Assembly (NCBI GenBank): GCA_003599235.1
Contig: QZJE01000007.1
Location: forward strand, 16,585-80,584
Origin: Actinomycetota bacterium
GTDB taxonomy: Bacteria; Actinomycetota; Aquicultoria; SURF-47
DNA: 64,000 bases
Direction: 5' to 3'
Shown here: in pieces, positions 1-9,915 of the stretch
Layout: every line of letters begins with the position of its first letter
How positions within the stretch are numbered: position 1 is the first letter of the stretch
Position numbers and translations under genes: made by a program
Notes under the pieces: generated by a model
What the model was told of the DNA's origin: nothing
Seen by the model: the letters and a program-made list of their open reading frames with translations, nothing else
Database searches by the model: none

Positions 1-638
1 TTGGTGCCGGCCACATGAGTGCTAAGCAGTAAGTTATTTTCCCTAGCATACTCATTAACTGCTTTATATAAAGGTGGTGATACAGTGTATGTTGAGTAAG
101 GAGAGATGCCAATATTTAGCTTTGTTCCGCTAACTTTGCTCTGCCAGTCACCAACTCGCTTTTTGGTCTTAGACATAATTTTACTAACATCAGCAGGATT
201 TAAACCCGTAACCTCGGCAAAAATAAAACCTCGTAAACCATATTTTTTTGCAGAATTAAGACTATACCCCTCGGTGCTGGTATCAGCAATAGTAGTTATC
301 CCAGATTTTACCGCCTCCATAGCTCCGATATCAGCTGAGGCTTGCCAGTCTTCATCACTTAATTTCTTAGCTTTATTAGCTAACTGGATTTTCCAATAGG
401 AAAATGGGAGATCGTCGACAATTCCCCGGAAAACACTGAACTCAAGATGAGTATGGGCATCAATAAAACCCGGCATTATAGCAGCTAGACCGAAGTCTTT
501 TACCTCAGCTTCAGGATACTTATCAGTTAATGCCTCGAGTTTTCCGACATCACATATTTTATTTTCTTTAACTGCTACCGCCCCATCTTCGACAGGAGAG
601 CCGGTTACCGGCAGCACCCATTTAGCAGCATATATCAT
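1..638 (-). CDS. Metal-dependent amidohydrolase family protein (MtaD/SsnA/aminofutalosine-deaminase-like), N-terminal part; C-terminus lies beyond the window start
   Basis: Minus-strand translation from ATG at 638..636 reads MIYAAKWVLPVTGSPVEDGAVAVKENKICDVGK...MPGFIDAHTHLEFSVFRG. The N-terminal beta-sandwich and the metal-binding HxH motif are typical of amidohydrolases. Its start overlaps the stop of the next gene (TAATG). Confidence 0.6.
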   Translation of the reverse strand, partial: MIYAAKWVLPVTGSPVEDGAVAVKENKICDVGKLEALTDKYPEAEVKDFGLAAIMPGFIDAHTHLEFSVFRGIVDDLPFSYWKIQLANKAKKLSDEDWQASADIGAMEAVKSGITTIADTSTEGYSLNSAKKYGLRGFIFAEVTGLNPADVSKIMSKTKKRVGDWQSKVSGTKLNIGISPYSTYTVSPPLYKAVNEYARENNLLLSTHVAGT

Positions 639-1612
639 TACATATTCCTTTCAATTACTAAATTTGCCAATCGCGTTAGCTCATCCTTTATATTACCAGT
701 CTTTAATATATTTAATGAAGCAATAGCTTTGCCGATATAATCCTTAGCCTGGCTTCTACTTTTCTTAATTGCTTTTGTTTGCTTAACCAAGACGACCGCT
801 TCTAATATTTCTTCATCAGAATTATCACGATTTTGTACTGCATTGACTAGGACACTTTTTTCGCTCAGCTCATCAAGAGCTAAAAATATTGGCAGCGTCA
901 TCATACCATCTCTTATATCTGAAGCCACCGCTTTACCCATTGTTCTTTCGTCTCCAATAAAATCCAGTATGTCATCGAAAACCTGAAAAGCCAGGCCAAG
1001 ATTATGTCCATAATCGCCTAAAGCTTCGACTTCTGCTTCACCTAAATCTGCACAGTAGGCCCCGATAAGGCAAGCCGCCCGGAATAAACTAGCTGTTTTA
1101 AAAGCAATTTTTTTATAATACAAATCGATATTTTGCCTTGCATTATAAGCAGTGTTTCTTTGCAGTATCTCGCCTAAGCTTAATTTGAAAGCAGAAGCAG
1201 CTAAAATGCGGTTTAATTTAGGATTATTGCAGCGGCTTAATGTCAAAAAAGCAGAAGAAAAAATAAAATCGCCTGTTTTAAGAGCATAATCATACCCATA
1301 CTTGGCATAAACGGTAGGTTTTCCCCGTCTTGTTTTTGAATAGTCTAGAACATCATCGTGGATTAATGAAGCACTATGCAACAGCTCTAAGGAAGCAGCT
1401 GCCGGTATAAGCTGCTGCTCGTTTTGGTGATGGCCGCAAATAATAGTTAATGCCGGTCTTACTTTTTTGCCACCAGATGAAAGAGTATCCAGGCAACCTT
1501 GCTTAACCGTTTTGGAGTTAGACAGTATATTTTTTAGCTCATCATCTACTTTTACCATGAGCTTTTTAGTGTTTTTAGAAAGGGTTGATTTTGCAGAAGT
1601 ATTTAATGACAT
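638..1612 (-). CDS. Polyprenyl diphosphate synthase (trans-isoprenyl diphosphate synthase, IspB/HepT-like)
   Basis: 324 aa with both aspartate-rich motifs (LIHDDVLD first DDxxD, FQVFDDILD second DDxxD) and overall polyprenyl-synthetase architecture. Confidence 0.85.
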   Translation of the reverse strand: MSLNTSAKSTLSKNTKKLMVKVDDELKNILSNSKTVKQGCLDTLSSGGKKVRPALTIICGHHQNEQQLIPAAASLELLHSASLIHDDVLDYSKTRRGKPTVYAKYGYDYALKTGDFIFSSAFLTLSRCNNPKLNRILAASAFKLSLGEILQRNTAYNARQNIDLYYKKIAFKTASLFRAACLIGAYCADLGEAEVEALGDYGHNLGLAFQVFDDILDFIGDERTMGKAVASDIRDGMMTLPIFLALDELSEKSVLVNAVQNRDNSDEEILEAVVLVKQTKAIKKSRSQAKDYIGKAIASLNILKTGNIKDELTRLANLVIERNM

Positions 1613-2133
1613 AGCTTTCCTAACGCAACTGCGCTGTCGAGTAAATACTGATAACGCTTATGGCCGTCTTGACCATTTGCAATGCCTTCTTTAATAGCAT
1701 TTGCCAATATCCGCGTTGCTTCCACATCGTCTTGCTCACTTGATAAGCTAATTCCTTTGGCATAAGAATAATCCCCTAGTATAATAGCTAACCCGGGATC
1801 TTCTATGCTCGAAGTATGATACCTAAGAGCTAAGTTAAAAAACTCTAAGGCTAAACATAAGCTTTTTAGTTTAGAAAAATCATATTCTCTGTCAATAGCA
1901 GTACTGAGCAGTAGGCGTGAAAGAGCAAAATCCGGTTCAAGAAGCTCTTCATGGTAATTTTGTTTCAGCTCATCGCTTAACTTGTCGAACTCAGCCTTAA
2001 TAATTAGTAAATCAGACTCTGTATCTCTTGGATAATTCTGCGCAAACATGTGGACAATAATAGCACGTTCTTGCCTTTTTAGCTCAAGGAAGCTAAAATA
2101 TACTCTGGTCTGGGGACTAACATTTCTATGCAT
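1603..2133 (-). CDS. Degenerate polyprenyl-synthase-like protein lacking the DDxxD motifs (possible non-catalytic partner subunit)
   Basis: 176 aa. LAIILGDYSYAKG resembles the chain-length region of prenyl synthases (LAGDFLYSRA), but the position of the first DDxxD motif reads SSIEDPG. It overlaps the downstream synthase by 10 nt. The real start may be the internal Met (MFAQNY), which would leave room for the divergent leuA promoter. Confidence 0.4.
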   Translation of the reverse strand: MHRNVSPQTRVYFSFLELKRQERAIIVHMFAQNYPRDTESDLLIIKAEFDKLSDELKQNYHEELLEPDFALSRLLLSTAIDREYDFSKLKSLCLALEFFNLALRYHTSSIEDPGLAIILGDYSYAKGISLSSEQDDVEATRILANAIKEGIANGQDGHKRYQYLLDSAVALGKLCH

Positions 2134-2158
2134 TCCAAAAGCTAGGAGAAATTAATAA

Positions 2159-3328
2159 ATGACTTTGCAGAATTTTGATTTAAAAGCAAAAGGTAAACAA
2201 ATAAGTATTGACGATACGACTCTTAGAGACGGCGAACAGACTGCCGGTGTAGTTTTCGCTAACCGCGAAAAGATTAGAATAGCCAAACTGCTAGACGAAG
2301 TTGGCGTCGACCAAATCGAAGTCGGAATCCCTGCCATGCGCGGGGACGAAAAAGAAACTATCAAAAAGATAGCCAAGCTGGATTTAAATGCCAGCATACT
2401 CGCTTGGAATAGAACAGTGTTATCTGACATCCGCCATTCGCTTGACTGCGGAGTTAATGCCGTTGCCCTGTCAATTTCAGCGTCAGATATTCATATCGAC
2501 CATAAACTAAAAAAAAGCCGGTCATGGGTATTAGAGAGCATCAAGGAAAGCGTTAGTTTTGCAAAAAGTAAGAACCTTTATGTCTCTGTTAATGCAGAAG
2601 ACGCCTCCAGAGCCGACCTGGAGTTTTTGGTAAGATTTGCCAAAACTGCTAAAAAAGCCGGTGCCGACCGCTTACGCTTTTGCGATACCTTGGGAATATT
2701 AGACCCCTTTGAGACATTTAAAGTAATTAAAGCCTTGATTGAGGCTACCGGTATCGAAGTTGAAATGCATACTCATAACGATTTCGGGATGGCAACTGCA
2801 AACGCGCTAGCCGGAGCAAAAGCTGGTGCTACCTGGATAAATACTACGGTTAACGGACTTGGTGAGCGTGCCGGTAACGCTGCTTTAGAAGAAGTTGTTA
2901 TGGCTCTTAAGTTGCTAAGCAAAATTGATTTAGGTTTTAAAACCAAGATGTTTAGAGACTTATCCGAATACGTTGCTAACGCAAGCGCTAGAACAATTCC
3001 CGTTTGGAAAGCTATCGTCGGAACAAACGTCTTTGCTCACGAATCTGGTATTCATGCTGATGGGGTACTGAAAAATCCTTTAACCTATGAGTCTTTTTCC
3101 CCTGATGAAGTGGGACTGGAGAGACAATTGGTAATCGGAAAACACTCAGGCACTGCTTCCATCGTCTCAAAATTTAAGGAATTCGGCATAGAATTAGAAC
3201 AAGAAGATGCTCAAGCAGTTCTGGAAGAGGTCCGCTCACACGCCGTAGGTATGAAAAGAGCCTTATTTGATAAAGAGCTGATGTATATTTTTAAAGACTA
3301 TAATAAGTCAAAGAAGAAAAAGAAATAA
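2159..3328 (+). CDS. 2-isopropylmalate synthase / citramalate synthase / homocitrate synthase family protein (short form without the LeuA regulatory dimerisation domain)
   Basis: TTLRDGEQ motif, HTHNDFGMATANALAGAKAGA, and a TIM-barrel HMGL-like domain. At 389 aa it lacks the C-terminal regulatory domain. AGGAG RBS 8 nt upstream. It heads the leuC-leuD-leuB cluster. Confidence 0.8.
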   Translation: MTLQNFDLKAKGKQISIDDTTLRDGEQTAGVVFANREKIRIAKLLDEVGVDQIEVGIPAMRGDEKETIKKIAKLDLNASILAWNRTVLSDIRHSLDCGVNAVALSISASDIHIDHKLKKSRSWVLESIKESVSFAKSKNLYVSVNAEDASRADLEFLVRFAKTAKKAGADRLRFCDTLGILDPFETFKVIKALIEATGIEVEMHTHNDFGMATANALAGAKAGATWINTTVNGLGERAGNAALEEVVMALKLLSKIDLGFKTKMFRDLSEYVANASARTIPVWKAIVGTNVFAHESGIHADGVLKNPLTYESFSPDEVGLERQLVIGKHSGTASIVSKFKEFGIELEQEDAQAVLEEVRSHAVGMKRALFDKELMYIFKDYNKSKKKKK

Positions 3329-4581
3329 TGGGCAAAACGATAGCGGAAAAAATATTAAGCAAACATTCTAACAATGATGCTCATGCCGGCGATTTAGTAG
3401 TAGCAGACCTAGATTTCGTAATGGGCCAAGACGGCACATCCCCTTTGGCTATCAGGGCATTTGAAGAGATGGGTGCTACTGAGGTATTTAATAAAGAAAA
3501 GGTGGTCATGGTAATAGACCATAGCGCCCCTTCCCCGTTAGAGGGTGTTAGTGCCTTACACCATTTAATGCGCGAGTTCGCTAAAGATAAAGGCATTAAG
3601 CTATATGATATTGGCTGTGGAGTGTGCCACCAATTGGTTCCTGAGCAAGGACACGTAGCTCCCGGTAATTTAGTTGTAGGAGCCGATTCACATACATGCA
3701 GCTACGGCGCCATTAATGTTTTCTCTACCGGGGCCGGCTCAACTGATATAGCTGCCGCTATGGCTTCTGGCAAACTATGGTTTAAAGTCCCCGAGACTAT
3801 TAAGTATATTCTTAACAACAAACTAGCAAAAGGAGTTTACTCAAAAGACCTCATTTTATACCTAATCGGCAAAATAACCGCAGATGGCGCTACCTATAAA
3901 GCAGTTGAGTTTACCGGAGAGACTATCGGGAACTTAAGTATCGACGCCCGTTTTACTATTTCGAATATGGCAATTGAGATGGGAGCTAAAGCTGGGTTAA
4001 TGGAAGCTGACGACAAGACAATTGAGTGGGTAAAGAAAAGAAATAAAACAGCTTTTGAGCCGGTAAGTCCTGACAGTGATGCTAATTACTTAGAAGTAAT
4101 AGAGTGCGACTGCTCCAAAATAGAGCCTCAAATAGCCAAACCGCATACCGTTGATAACGTAAGTCCTATTAGTGAACTAGAAGGAACGCCTATTCACCAG
4201 GCTTTCATTGGAACATGCACCAATGGACGCCTAGAAGATTTTAAGATTGCCTCACAGATATTAGCAGGCAAGAAAATTAATTCGGACGTAAGATTTATTA
4301 TTGCTCCCGCTTCCAAAGATATTTTATTGGAAGCCACTAATATGGGATACATGCAGAAATTAATTGAGGCCGGAGCTGCTTTAGTTACCGCTGGTTGTGG
4401 CCCCTGTGTAGGAACTCATAACGGTGTTCCCTCAGATGGGGAGAATGTAATATCTACTGCTAACCGTAATTTTAAAGGAAGGATGGGGAACTCTAACGCC
4501 TCGATTTACTTAGGCTCTCCGGCTACGGTAGCAGCCTCTGCCCTGACTGGCAAAATCACTGATCCCCGTAATTATCTATAA
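3328..4581 (+). CDS. leuC: 3-isopropylmalate/(homo)aconitate dehydratase large subunit (aconitase family)
   Basis: 417 aa, aconitase-family large subunit of the archaeal/short type (Fe-S cysteine ligands in GTCTNGR and GCGPCVG). Its start overlaps the stop of the upstream synthase (TAATG). Confidence 0.85.
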   Translation: MGKTIAEKILSKHSNNDAHAGDLVVADLDFVMGQDGTSPLAIRAFEEMGATEVFNKEKVVMVIDHSAPSPLEGVSALHHLMREFAKDKGIKLYDIGCGVCHQLVPEQGHVAPGNLVVGADSHTCSYGAINVFSTGAGSTDIAAAMASGKLWFKVPETIKYILNNKLAKGVYSKDLILYLIGKITADGATYKAVEFTGETIGNLSIDARFTISNMAIEMGAKAGLMEADDKTIEWVKKRNKTAFEPVSPDSDANYLEVIECDCSKIEPQIAKPHTVDNVSPISELEGTPIHQAFIGTCTNGRLEDFKIASQILAGKKINSDVRFIIAPASKDILLEATNMGYMQKLIEAGAALVTAGCGPCVGTHNGVPSDGENVISTANRNFKGRMGNSNASIYLGSPATVAASALTGKITDPRNYL

Positions 4582-4728
4582 GTTGCCTCTGGGTCAAAAA
4601 TTCAACAAGTTGCCGTATATCTTTTCCAAGCCGCGGATTTTTCCCAGCGTGAAAAATACCGCTTAACTATTGTTTAATGCCTTCTACCCCCTACCACCTA
4701 CTCCCTACTCCCTGCTATACTATTCCAA

Positions 4729-5247
4729 ATGACAATTTCAAAAGAAGTTAGCAATTTAACAGGTTTTCCGAAACTTCCAAAACCACTAATAAAGCTATTT
4801 TTAAAAGCCCCTTGGCTGGTACCGGTAAGAATCCGCTGGAAAGTGGCCTCTAAGGGAATAGGTCTTTTGATGACAGCCGTAACCGGTAAAGATGATTCAT
4901 TATCTATGTCGTGTAAAGAACTTGGCCTCAGACAAGCTAAGGCACTTAAAGATAGCTTACAAGTTGGCAGTAGCCTTAAAGAAGTAATGCAAGTTATACG
5001 TTTAGCTAACCGCCTCTTTGGAACAAAACATACTTTTAAGATGATTAACCCTACTACTTCTAGAACCTTAGTAAAAAAATGCGCTTGGGCTGGTAGCGAT
5101 ACTTGGGGACAAAAAGCGTGCGCAACCCTGTCTGCTTATGAAATCGGCTTGGCTGAAGGATTAAATGACAAAGTTAAAATCAGATTTATCACTAAAATGG
5201 CTAAAGGGGACTCGGTTTGTCAAGCAGAGTACACCCTAAATCAATAG
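4729..5247 (+). CDS. Hypothetical protein inserted between leuC and leuD
   Basis: 172-aa ORF with coding-like composition and no recognisable motifs. It fills a 750-nt gap in an otherwise compact operon. Real status uncertain. Confidence 0.35.
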   Translation: MTISKEVSNLTGFPKLPKPLIKLFLKAPWLVPVRIRWKVASKGIGLLMTAVTGKDDSLSMSCKELGLRQAKALKDSLQVGSSLKEVMQVIRLANRLFGTKHTFKMINPTTSRTLVKKCAWAGSDTWGQKACATLSAYEIGLAEGLNDKVKIRFITKMAKGDSVCQAEYTLNQ

Positions 5248-5337
5248 ATTTATGCTACAATCGCTTTTGTTCTATAACCACAAAGTGCGGACAGACATCC
5301 AGCCAGATAAGGATGCCCTGTCCCTGATGGAGACCAT

Positions 5338-5838
5338 ATGAAATTAAAAGGTAGTGCTCATAAGTTCGCAGATAACGTAAACACCGACTACATTATTAGC
5401 GGCAAATATAAGTTTAAAACACTAGACATGAAAGAACTGGCTAAACATGTCATGGAAGATTTAGATCCGGACTTCTATAGCAAAATTAGCCCCGGTGATT
5501 TTATTGTCGCCGGTTCCAATTTCGGCTGTGGCTCATCACGTGAGCAAGCCCCATTGGCTATTAAGAATGCTAATATCAGCGCCGTATTAGCTAAATCTTT
5601 TGCTAGAATATTTTTTAGAAATGCTATTAATACTGGATTGGCGGTTGTTGAATGTGACACCGACAAGATAAACCCTAACGATAAACTAGAGGTTGACCTT
5701 TCTAAAGGCCTAATTAATAACCTCACACAAGGAATAACCATTGAAGCAAAACCCCTGCCTGGTGTAATGCTTAAAATATTAGGTGACGGAGGATTGGCTC
5801 CGCACTTTAAAAGATATGGAAGTTTTGGAGGAAAATGA
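5338..5838 (+). CDS. leuD: 3-isopropylmalate dehydratase small subunit (archaeal-type short LeuD)
   Basis: 166-aa aconitase swivel domain, matching the length of archaeal-type LeuD. Its stop overlaps the leuB start (ATGA). Confidence 0.8.
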   Translation: MKLKGSAHKFADNVNTDYIISGKYKFKTLDMKELAKHVMEDLDPDFYSKISPGDFIVAGSNFGCGSSREQAPLAIKNANISAVLAKSFARIFFRNAINTGLAVVECDTDKINPNDKLEVDLSKGLINNLTQGITIEAKPLPGVMLKILGDGGLAPHFKRYGSFGGK

Positions 5839-6833
5839 AGCATAGAGTTACTCTAATCCCTGGAGACGGTATCGGACCAGAGCTATCAGCAGCTACCAAA
5901 TTAGTTGTAGAAGCTACGGGTGTGGATATAGTCTGGGATGAAGTAGCAGCCGGAGAGACAGTTATGGCTAAATATAACACTTCCCTTCCTGACTATGTGC
6001 TCGATTCGATAAAAGAAAATAAAGTAGCCATTAAAGGCCCAATCACCACCCCAATAGGCTCCGGATTTAGAAGTGTTAATGTTGCTTTGCGCAAAGAGCT
6101 TGGCTTGTATGCTTGTTTGCGACCCTCGGTTAGCATGGAGGGAGTTAAAAGCCGCTATCAAAATATAGACCTAGTAATAGTTAGAGAAAATACCGAAGAT
6201 CTTTATGCCGGTAATGAACGGATGATAGATGAAGATACCGCTGAAAGCATCAAGGTCATAACAAGAGGTGCTTCCAAAAAAATCGCCAAGTTCGCATTTG
6301 ACTATGCTAAAACAGAAGGGCGTAGAAAGGTAACCTCTGTCACAAAGGCAAATATTATGAAGTATACCGACGGACTGTTTTATGAGGCTTGCCGCGAAGT
6401 AGCTAAGGGTTATCCTACCATTGAATACGATGAGCACTTAATTGATGCCATGTGTATGCAGCTGGTTTTAAAGCCCGGAGACTACGACGTTATGGTTATG
6501 CCTAATTTATACGGCGATATTTTGTCAGATTTATGTGCCGGCTTAATTGGCGGACTTGGAGTTGCTCCAGGAGCCAATATTGGTGATGAATACGCAGTTT
6601 TTGAACCAGTGCATGGAAGTGCTCCTAAATATGCCGGTCTTAACAAAGCTAACCCCACCGCTATGATTTTATCAGCAGTGCTGATGCTAAAACACTTAGG
6701 CGAGAAAGAAGCCGCAGATAAGTTGCATAAAGCAACGGCTGATGTCATTGCTAAAGGCTCTACCGTTACCTACGACTTAGGCGGATCTTCCGGTACTAGT
6801 GAATTTGCAAAAGCAATTGCCGCTAAGATGTAG
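5835..6833 (+). CDS. leuB: 3-isopropylmalate dehydrogenase / isocitrate-homoisocitrate dehydrogenase family
   Basis: 332 aa with the [10 protein letters not shown] signature of beta-decarboxylating dehydrogenases. The short form is typical of archaeal-type LeuB. Confidence 0.8.
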   Translation: MKHRVTLIPGDGIGPELSAATKLVVEATGVDIVWDEVAAGETVMAKYNTSLPDYVLDSIKENKVAIKGPITTPIGSGFRSVNVALRKELGLYACLRPSVSMEGVKSRYQNIDLVIVRENTEDLYAGNERMIDEDTAESIKVITRGASKKIAKFAFDYAKTEGRRKVTSVTKANIMKYTDGLFYEACREVAKGYPTIEYDEHLIDAMCMQLVLKPGDYDVMVMPNLYGDILSDLCAGLIGGLGVAPGANIGDEYAVFEPVHGSAPKYAGLNKANPTAMILSAVLMLKHLGEKEAADKLHKATADVIAKGSTVTYDLGGSSGTSEFAKAIAAKM

Positions 6834-7302
6834 GAAATCCTTTCTTTTCCCAATAGCCTTTTTTGTAATCTGCCACCAACTCAATGACGATTACCCACTT
6901 AACGCTTTTATAAGCATATTTCTCGCTAGCAACTAAACGCAAAGGGCCGCCATGCTCTTTTGCAACCGGCTCACTACCAAACTTATAAGCTAACATAACT
7001 CCATCTGATAAAGTTTCTTGGAGATTGAGGGGCTCCGCATAGCCACTAGGGGCTTGTATGATAATATAGCTGGGATTTTCTTTGATTTTTACCTTGGATA
7101 ATAACTCTTTTAGGGGTATTCCTGTCCAAGTTCCGGAAATCGTTTTTCCTTGCAGACAAACCACTTCGGTTTTTAGATTAGTACTTGGCATTTTTTCTAT
7201 ATCATTTATGGATAACTCAAGAGGTTTTTCTACACATCCAACTATCTTTAGCCGCCAATCTTTAGTATCAATATCCGGTATTTCTTCTACTTGATAAGAC
7301 AT
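6823..7302 (-). CDS. Small molybdopterin-binding oxidoreductase domain protein (sulfite-oxidase/YedY-like Oxidored_molyb domain)
   Basis: 159 aa. [24 protein letters not shown]...HGGPLRLV matches the Mo-cofactor-binding domain of sulfite oxidase/MsrP. It sits downstream of argH and its 3' end overlaps the leuB 3' end by 11 nt (convergent). Confidence 0.6.
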   Translation of the reverse strand: MSYQVEEIPDIDTKDWRLKIVGCVEKPLELSINDIEKMPSTNLKTEVVCLQGKTISGTWTGIPLKELLSKVKIKENPSYIIIQAPSGYAEPLNLQETLSDGVMLAYKFGSEPVAKEHGGPLRLVASEKYAYKSVKWVIVIELVADYKKGYWEKKGFPTS

Positions 7303-7345
7303 ACTAATCAGGTATCCTTAATCTTTGATTATGAAACCCTTGTAC

Positions 7346-8746
7346 TTATCCCTTATCCCTTAAAAGCAATGATGTTGCGAGGCTTATTTGCTTCTTAACC
7401 TGCTTAGGCGAGGTTCCTCCTAGACTGTTGCGGGCAGCAATGACATTTTTAATGGCAATGGCATCGAATAGTTTTTCATCAAAAACAGAGTTTATCTTTT
7501 TGAACTCACTTAATGGCAATTCATGCAAATAAAGACCCTTCTTAACGCATATTTTGACTGCTTGGCCAACAATGCCGTGAGCTTTGCGGAAAGGTATTTT
7601 CTTTCCCACCAGGTAATCAGCTAGATCAGTTGCGTTAGCAAAACTTTTTTGCACTGCTTCCAGCATAGAGGTCGTGTTAAGTTTGATTCCGGATAACATC
7701 TTTGTCATCACTTCCAAGCTAGCCGATATCGTATCTAAACTATCGAAAACGATTTTTTTATCTTCCTGAAGATCGCGATTATATGTAAGTGGTAACCCTT
7801 TTATTATGCCTGATAAAGCTTGATAATTAGCGGCTACTTTAGCACTTTTGCCCCGGATTAGCTCAGCTACATCCGGATTTTGTTTCTGCGGCATAATGCT
7901 GCTGCCGGTGGTAAATGCCTCATCTATTTTAATAAATCCAAACCCGGCAGAAGAAAAAATTACCATCTCTTCGCATAAGCGGCTTAGGTGCAGCATTATT
8001 AAATTAGCCGCATTTAGAAACACAACTAGGTAGTCCCTGTCAGCTACTGCGTCCATGCTGTTTTCTGATATATTTTTAAACCCAAGCTCTTTGGCTAAAA
8101 AATTACGGTCTATATCATATGTGGTTCCAGCCAAGGCTGCTGAGCCCAATATTAATATATCTGCGTGATTATATGCACAATTAAGCCTTTTTTTGTCGCG
8201 CTCTAGCATCCAGAAATAAGCCATTATGTAGTGCGAAAAAAGCACCGGCTGGGCAACTTGTAAGTGAGTATAACCAGGCATTACCACATCAATATTTTTT
8301 TCTGCCAAATTAACTATTGCTTGCTGCATACCTTTAATCAATTTTTTAAGACCGGTAATTTCTTCTTTTATATAGAGACGCATATCGGTTGCTACTTGGT
8401 CATTGCGGCTTCGTCCGGTATGCAGTTTTCCTGCCATAGAACCAATATGGCTTGTTAGGCCCCGCTCGATTGCGCTATGAATATCCTCATCGCTACCAAG
8501 AAACTTAAACGTACCGGCTTTAATTTTTTTGCCAATTTCTTTTAAGCCTTTGATTATTTCATTAGCCTCGGCTCTCTTAATTATTTTTTGGCCGGCTAGC
8601 ATTTTTCCGTAGGCGATTGAGCCGGCAATATCTTGCTTATAAAGCCTAATATCATCAGCTAACGACGAGCTGAATTGCTCAACTAATTTATCTGTTTTTT
8701 TATCAAACCGTCCCTGCCATAATTTCATTTGTTTTTCCTCGCCCAA
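7346..8746 (-). CDS. argH: Argininosuccinate lyase
   Basis: 466 aa with the fumarate-lyase signature GSSIMPQKQNPD. N-terminus is ArgH-like (WQGRFDKKTDKLVEQF). Confidence 0.9.
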   Translation of the reverse strand: MGEEKQMKLWQGRFDKKTDKLVEQFSSSLADDIRLYKQDIAGSIAYGKMLAGQKIIKRAEANEIIKGLKEIGKKIKAGTFKFLGSDEDIHSAIERGLTSHIGSMAGKLHTGRSRNDQVATDMRLYIKEEITGLKKLIKGMQQAIVNLAEKNIDVVMPGYTHLQVAQPVLFSHYIMAYFWMLERDKKRLNCAYNHADILILGSAALAGTTYDIDRNFLAKELGFKNISENSMDAVADRDYLVVFLNAANLIMLHLSRLCEEMVIFSSAGFGFIKIDEAFTTGSSIMPQKQNPDVAELIRGKSAKVAANYQALSGIIKGLPLTYNRDLQEDKKIVFDSLDTISASLEVMTKMLSGIKLNTTSMLEAVQKSFANATDLADYLVGKKIPFRKAHGIVGQAVKICVKKGLYLHELPLSEFKKINSVFDEKLFDAIAIKNVIAARNSLGGTSPKQVKKQISLATSLLLRDKG

Positions 8747-9915
8747 GTTTTAAACGACATCCCAAAAAGCTCAATGAACCCTTCGGCCTTTGCCTGGTCA
8801 AAGGTATCGCCTTCTTCATAAGTAGCCAGCCCTAAATCATATAACGAGTATTTAGAGCTCCGTCCTACCACAGTGGCATTTCCTTTGTACAGTTTTAGCC
8901 GAACTTCGCCTTCAACATTACATTGCGACTGAACAAAAAAAGCATCCATGGCCTCTTTTAGAGGCGAAAACCATTGACCATTATAGATAAGCTGGGCGTA
9001 TTTATGCTCTAAGCTTTGTTTAAAATGAAGCATTTCACGCTCTAATACTAGTGCTTCAAGCTCGCGGTGAGCAGCAATTAAAATAGTGGCTGCCGGAGCT
9101 TCATATATTTCCCTGGATTTAATTCCTACCAAGCGGTTTTCTACCTGGTCAATACGGCCAATTCCAAAACGGCCGCCGATTTCATTTAGGTTAGCTATAA
9201 GTTTATCAAAACTTAATTTATGCTCATCGATACTTATCGGAACCCCGCTCTTAAAACCAATATTTATATATAGATGCTTATCTGGTGCATCTTGCGGATC
9301 AACTGTCCAAGCATAAGCCGCTTTGGGAGGCTCAACCCAAGGGTCTTCTAAGATTCCGCACTCAGCACTGCGTCCCCATAAATTCTCATCAATGCTATAC
9401 GGACTTTTCTTTTTAGCCTCTACTTCAATACCTTTTTCTTTGGCATAATCTATGGCCTGGCTGCGGGTCATTTTGTGTTTACGAACTGGAGCTATAATTT
9501 TTATATCCGGAGCAATAGCAGCGGCAGCAAGCTCTATTCTTACTTGGTCGTTGCCTTTTCCGGTGCAGCCATGAGCAATATATTTTGCTTTGCTTTGTTT
9601 GGCTTTTTCCGCTAATGCCTTGCCAATTAAAGGCCTGGATAACGCCGTTGCCAGAGGATATTTCCCCTCATAAACAGCATTGGCAATCAACGAAGAAGCT
9701 ACATAGTTTTCAGCAAAATCTTTTTTAGCCTCTACTATTAGGCTTTCGACTGCCCCTGCTTTTAAAGCTTTCTCTGCTGCTTTTTTTAAGTTACCGGGTT
9801 GGCCGACATCGACTAAGAGAGCAATAACATCTACATTGTAATTCTCTTGCAGCCAATTGATGGCAATAGATGTATCCAGACCTCCAGAGTATGCTAAAAC
9901 CGCTTTATCCTTCAT
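8725..9915 (-). CDS. argG: Argininosuccinate synthase
   Basis: 396 aa with the N-terminal AYSGGLDTS PP-loop and ArgG C-terminal domain. Confidence 0.9.
   Translation of the reverse strand: MKDKAVLAYSGGLDTSIAINWLQENYNVDVIALLVDVGQPGNLKKAAEKALKAGAVESLIVEAKKDFAENYVASSLIANAVYEGKYPLATALSRPLIGKALAEKAKQSKAKYIAHGCTGKGNDQVRIELAAAAIAPDIKIIAPVRKHKMTRSQAIDYAKEKGIEVEAKKKSPYSIDENLWGRSAECGILEDPWVEPPKAAYAWTVDPQDAPDKHLYINIGFKSGVPISIDEHKLSFDKLIANLNEIGGRFGIGRIDQVENRLVGIKSREIYEAPAATILIAAHRELEALVLEREMLHFKQSLEHKYAQLIYNGQWFSPLKEAMDAFFVQSQCNVEGEVRLKLYKGNATVVGRSSKYSLYDLGLATYEEGDTFDQAKAEGFIELFGMSFKTWARKNK

Noticed and set aside
106-399. 97-aa plus-strand ORF
   Set aside because: It lies entirely inside the minus-strand amidohydrolase coding region. 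It has no RBS or motifs and is an antisense-frame artefact.
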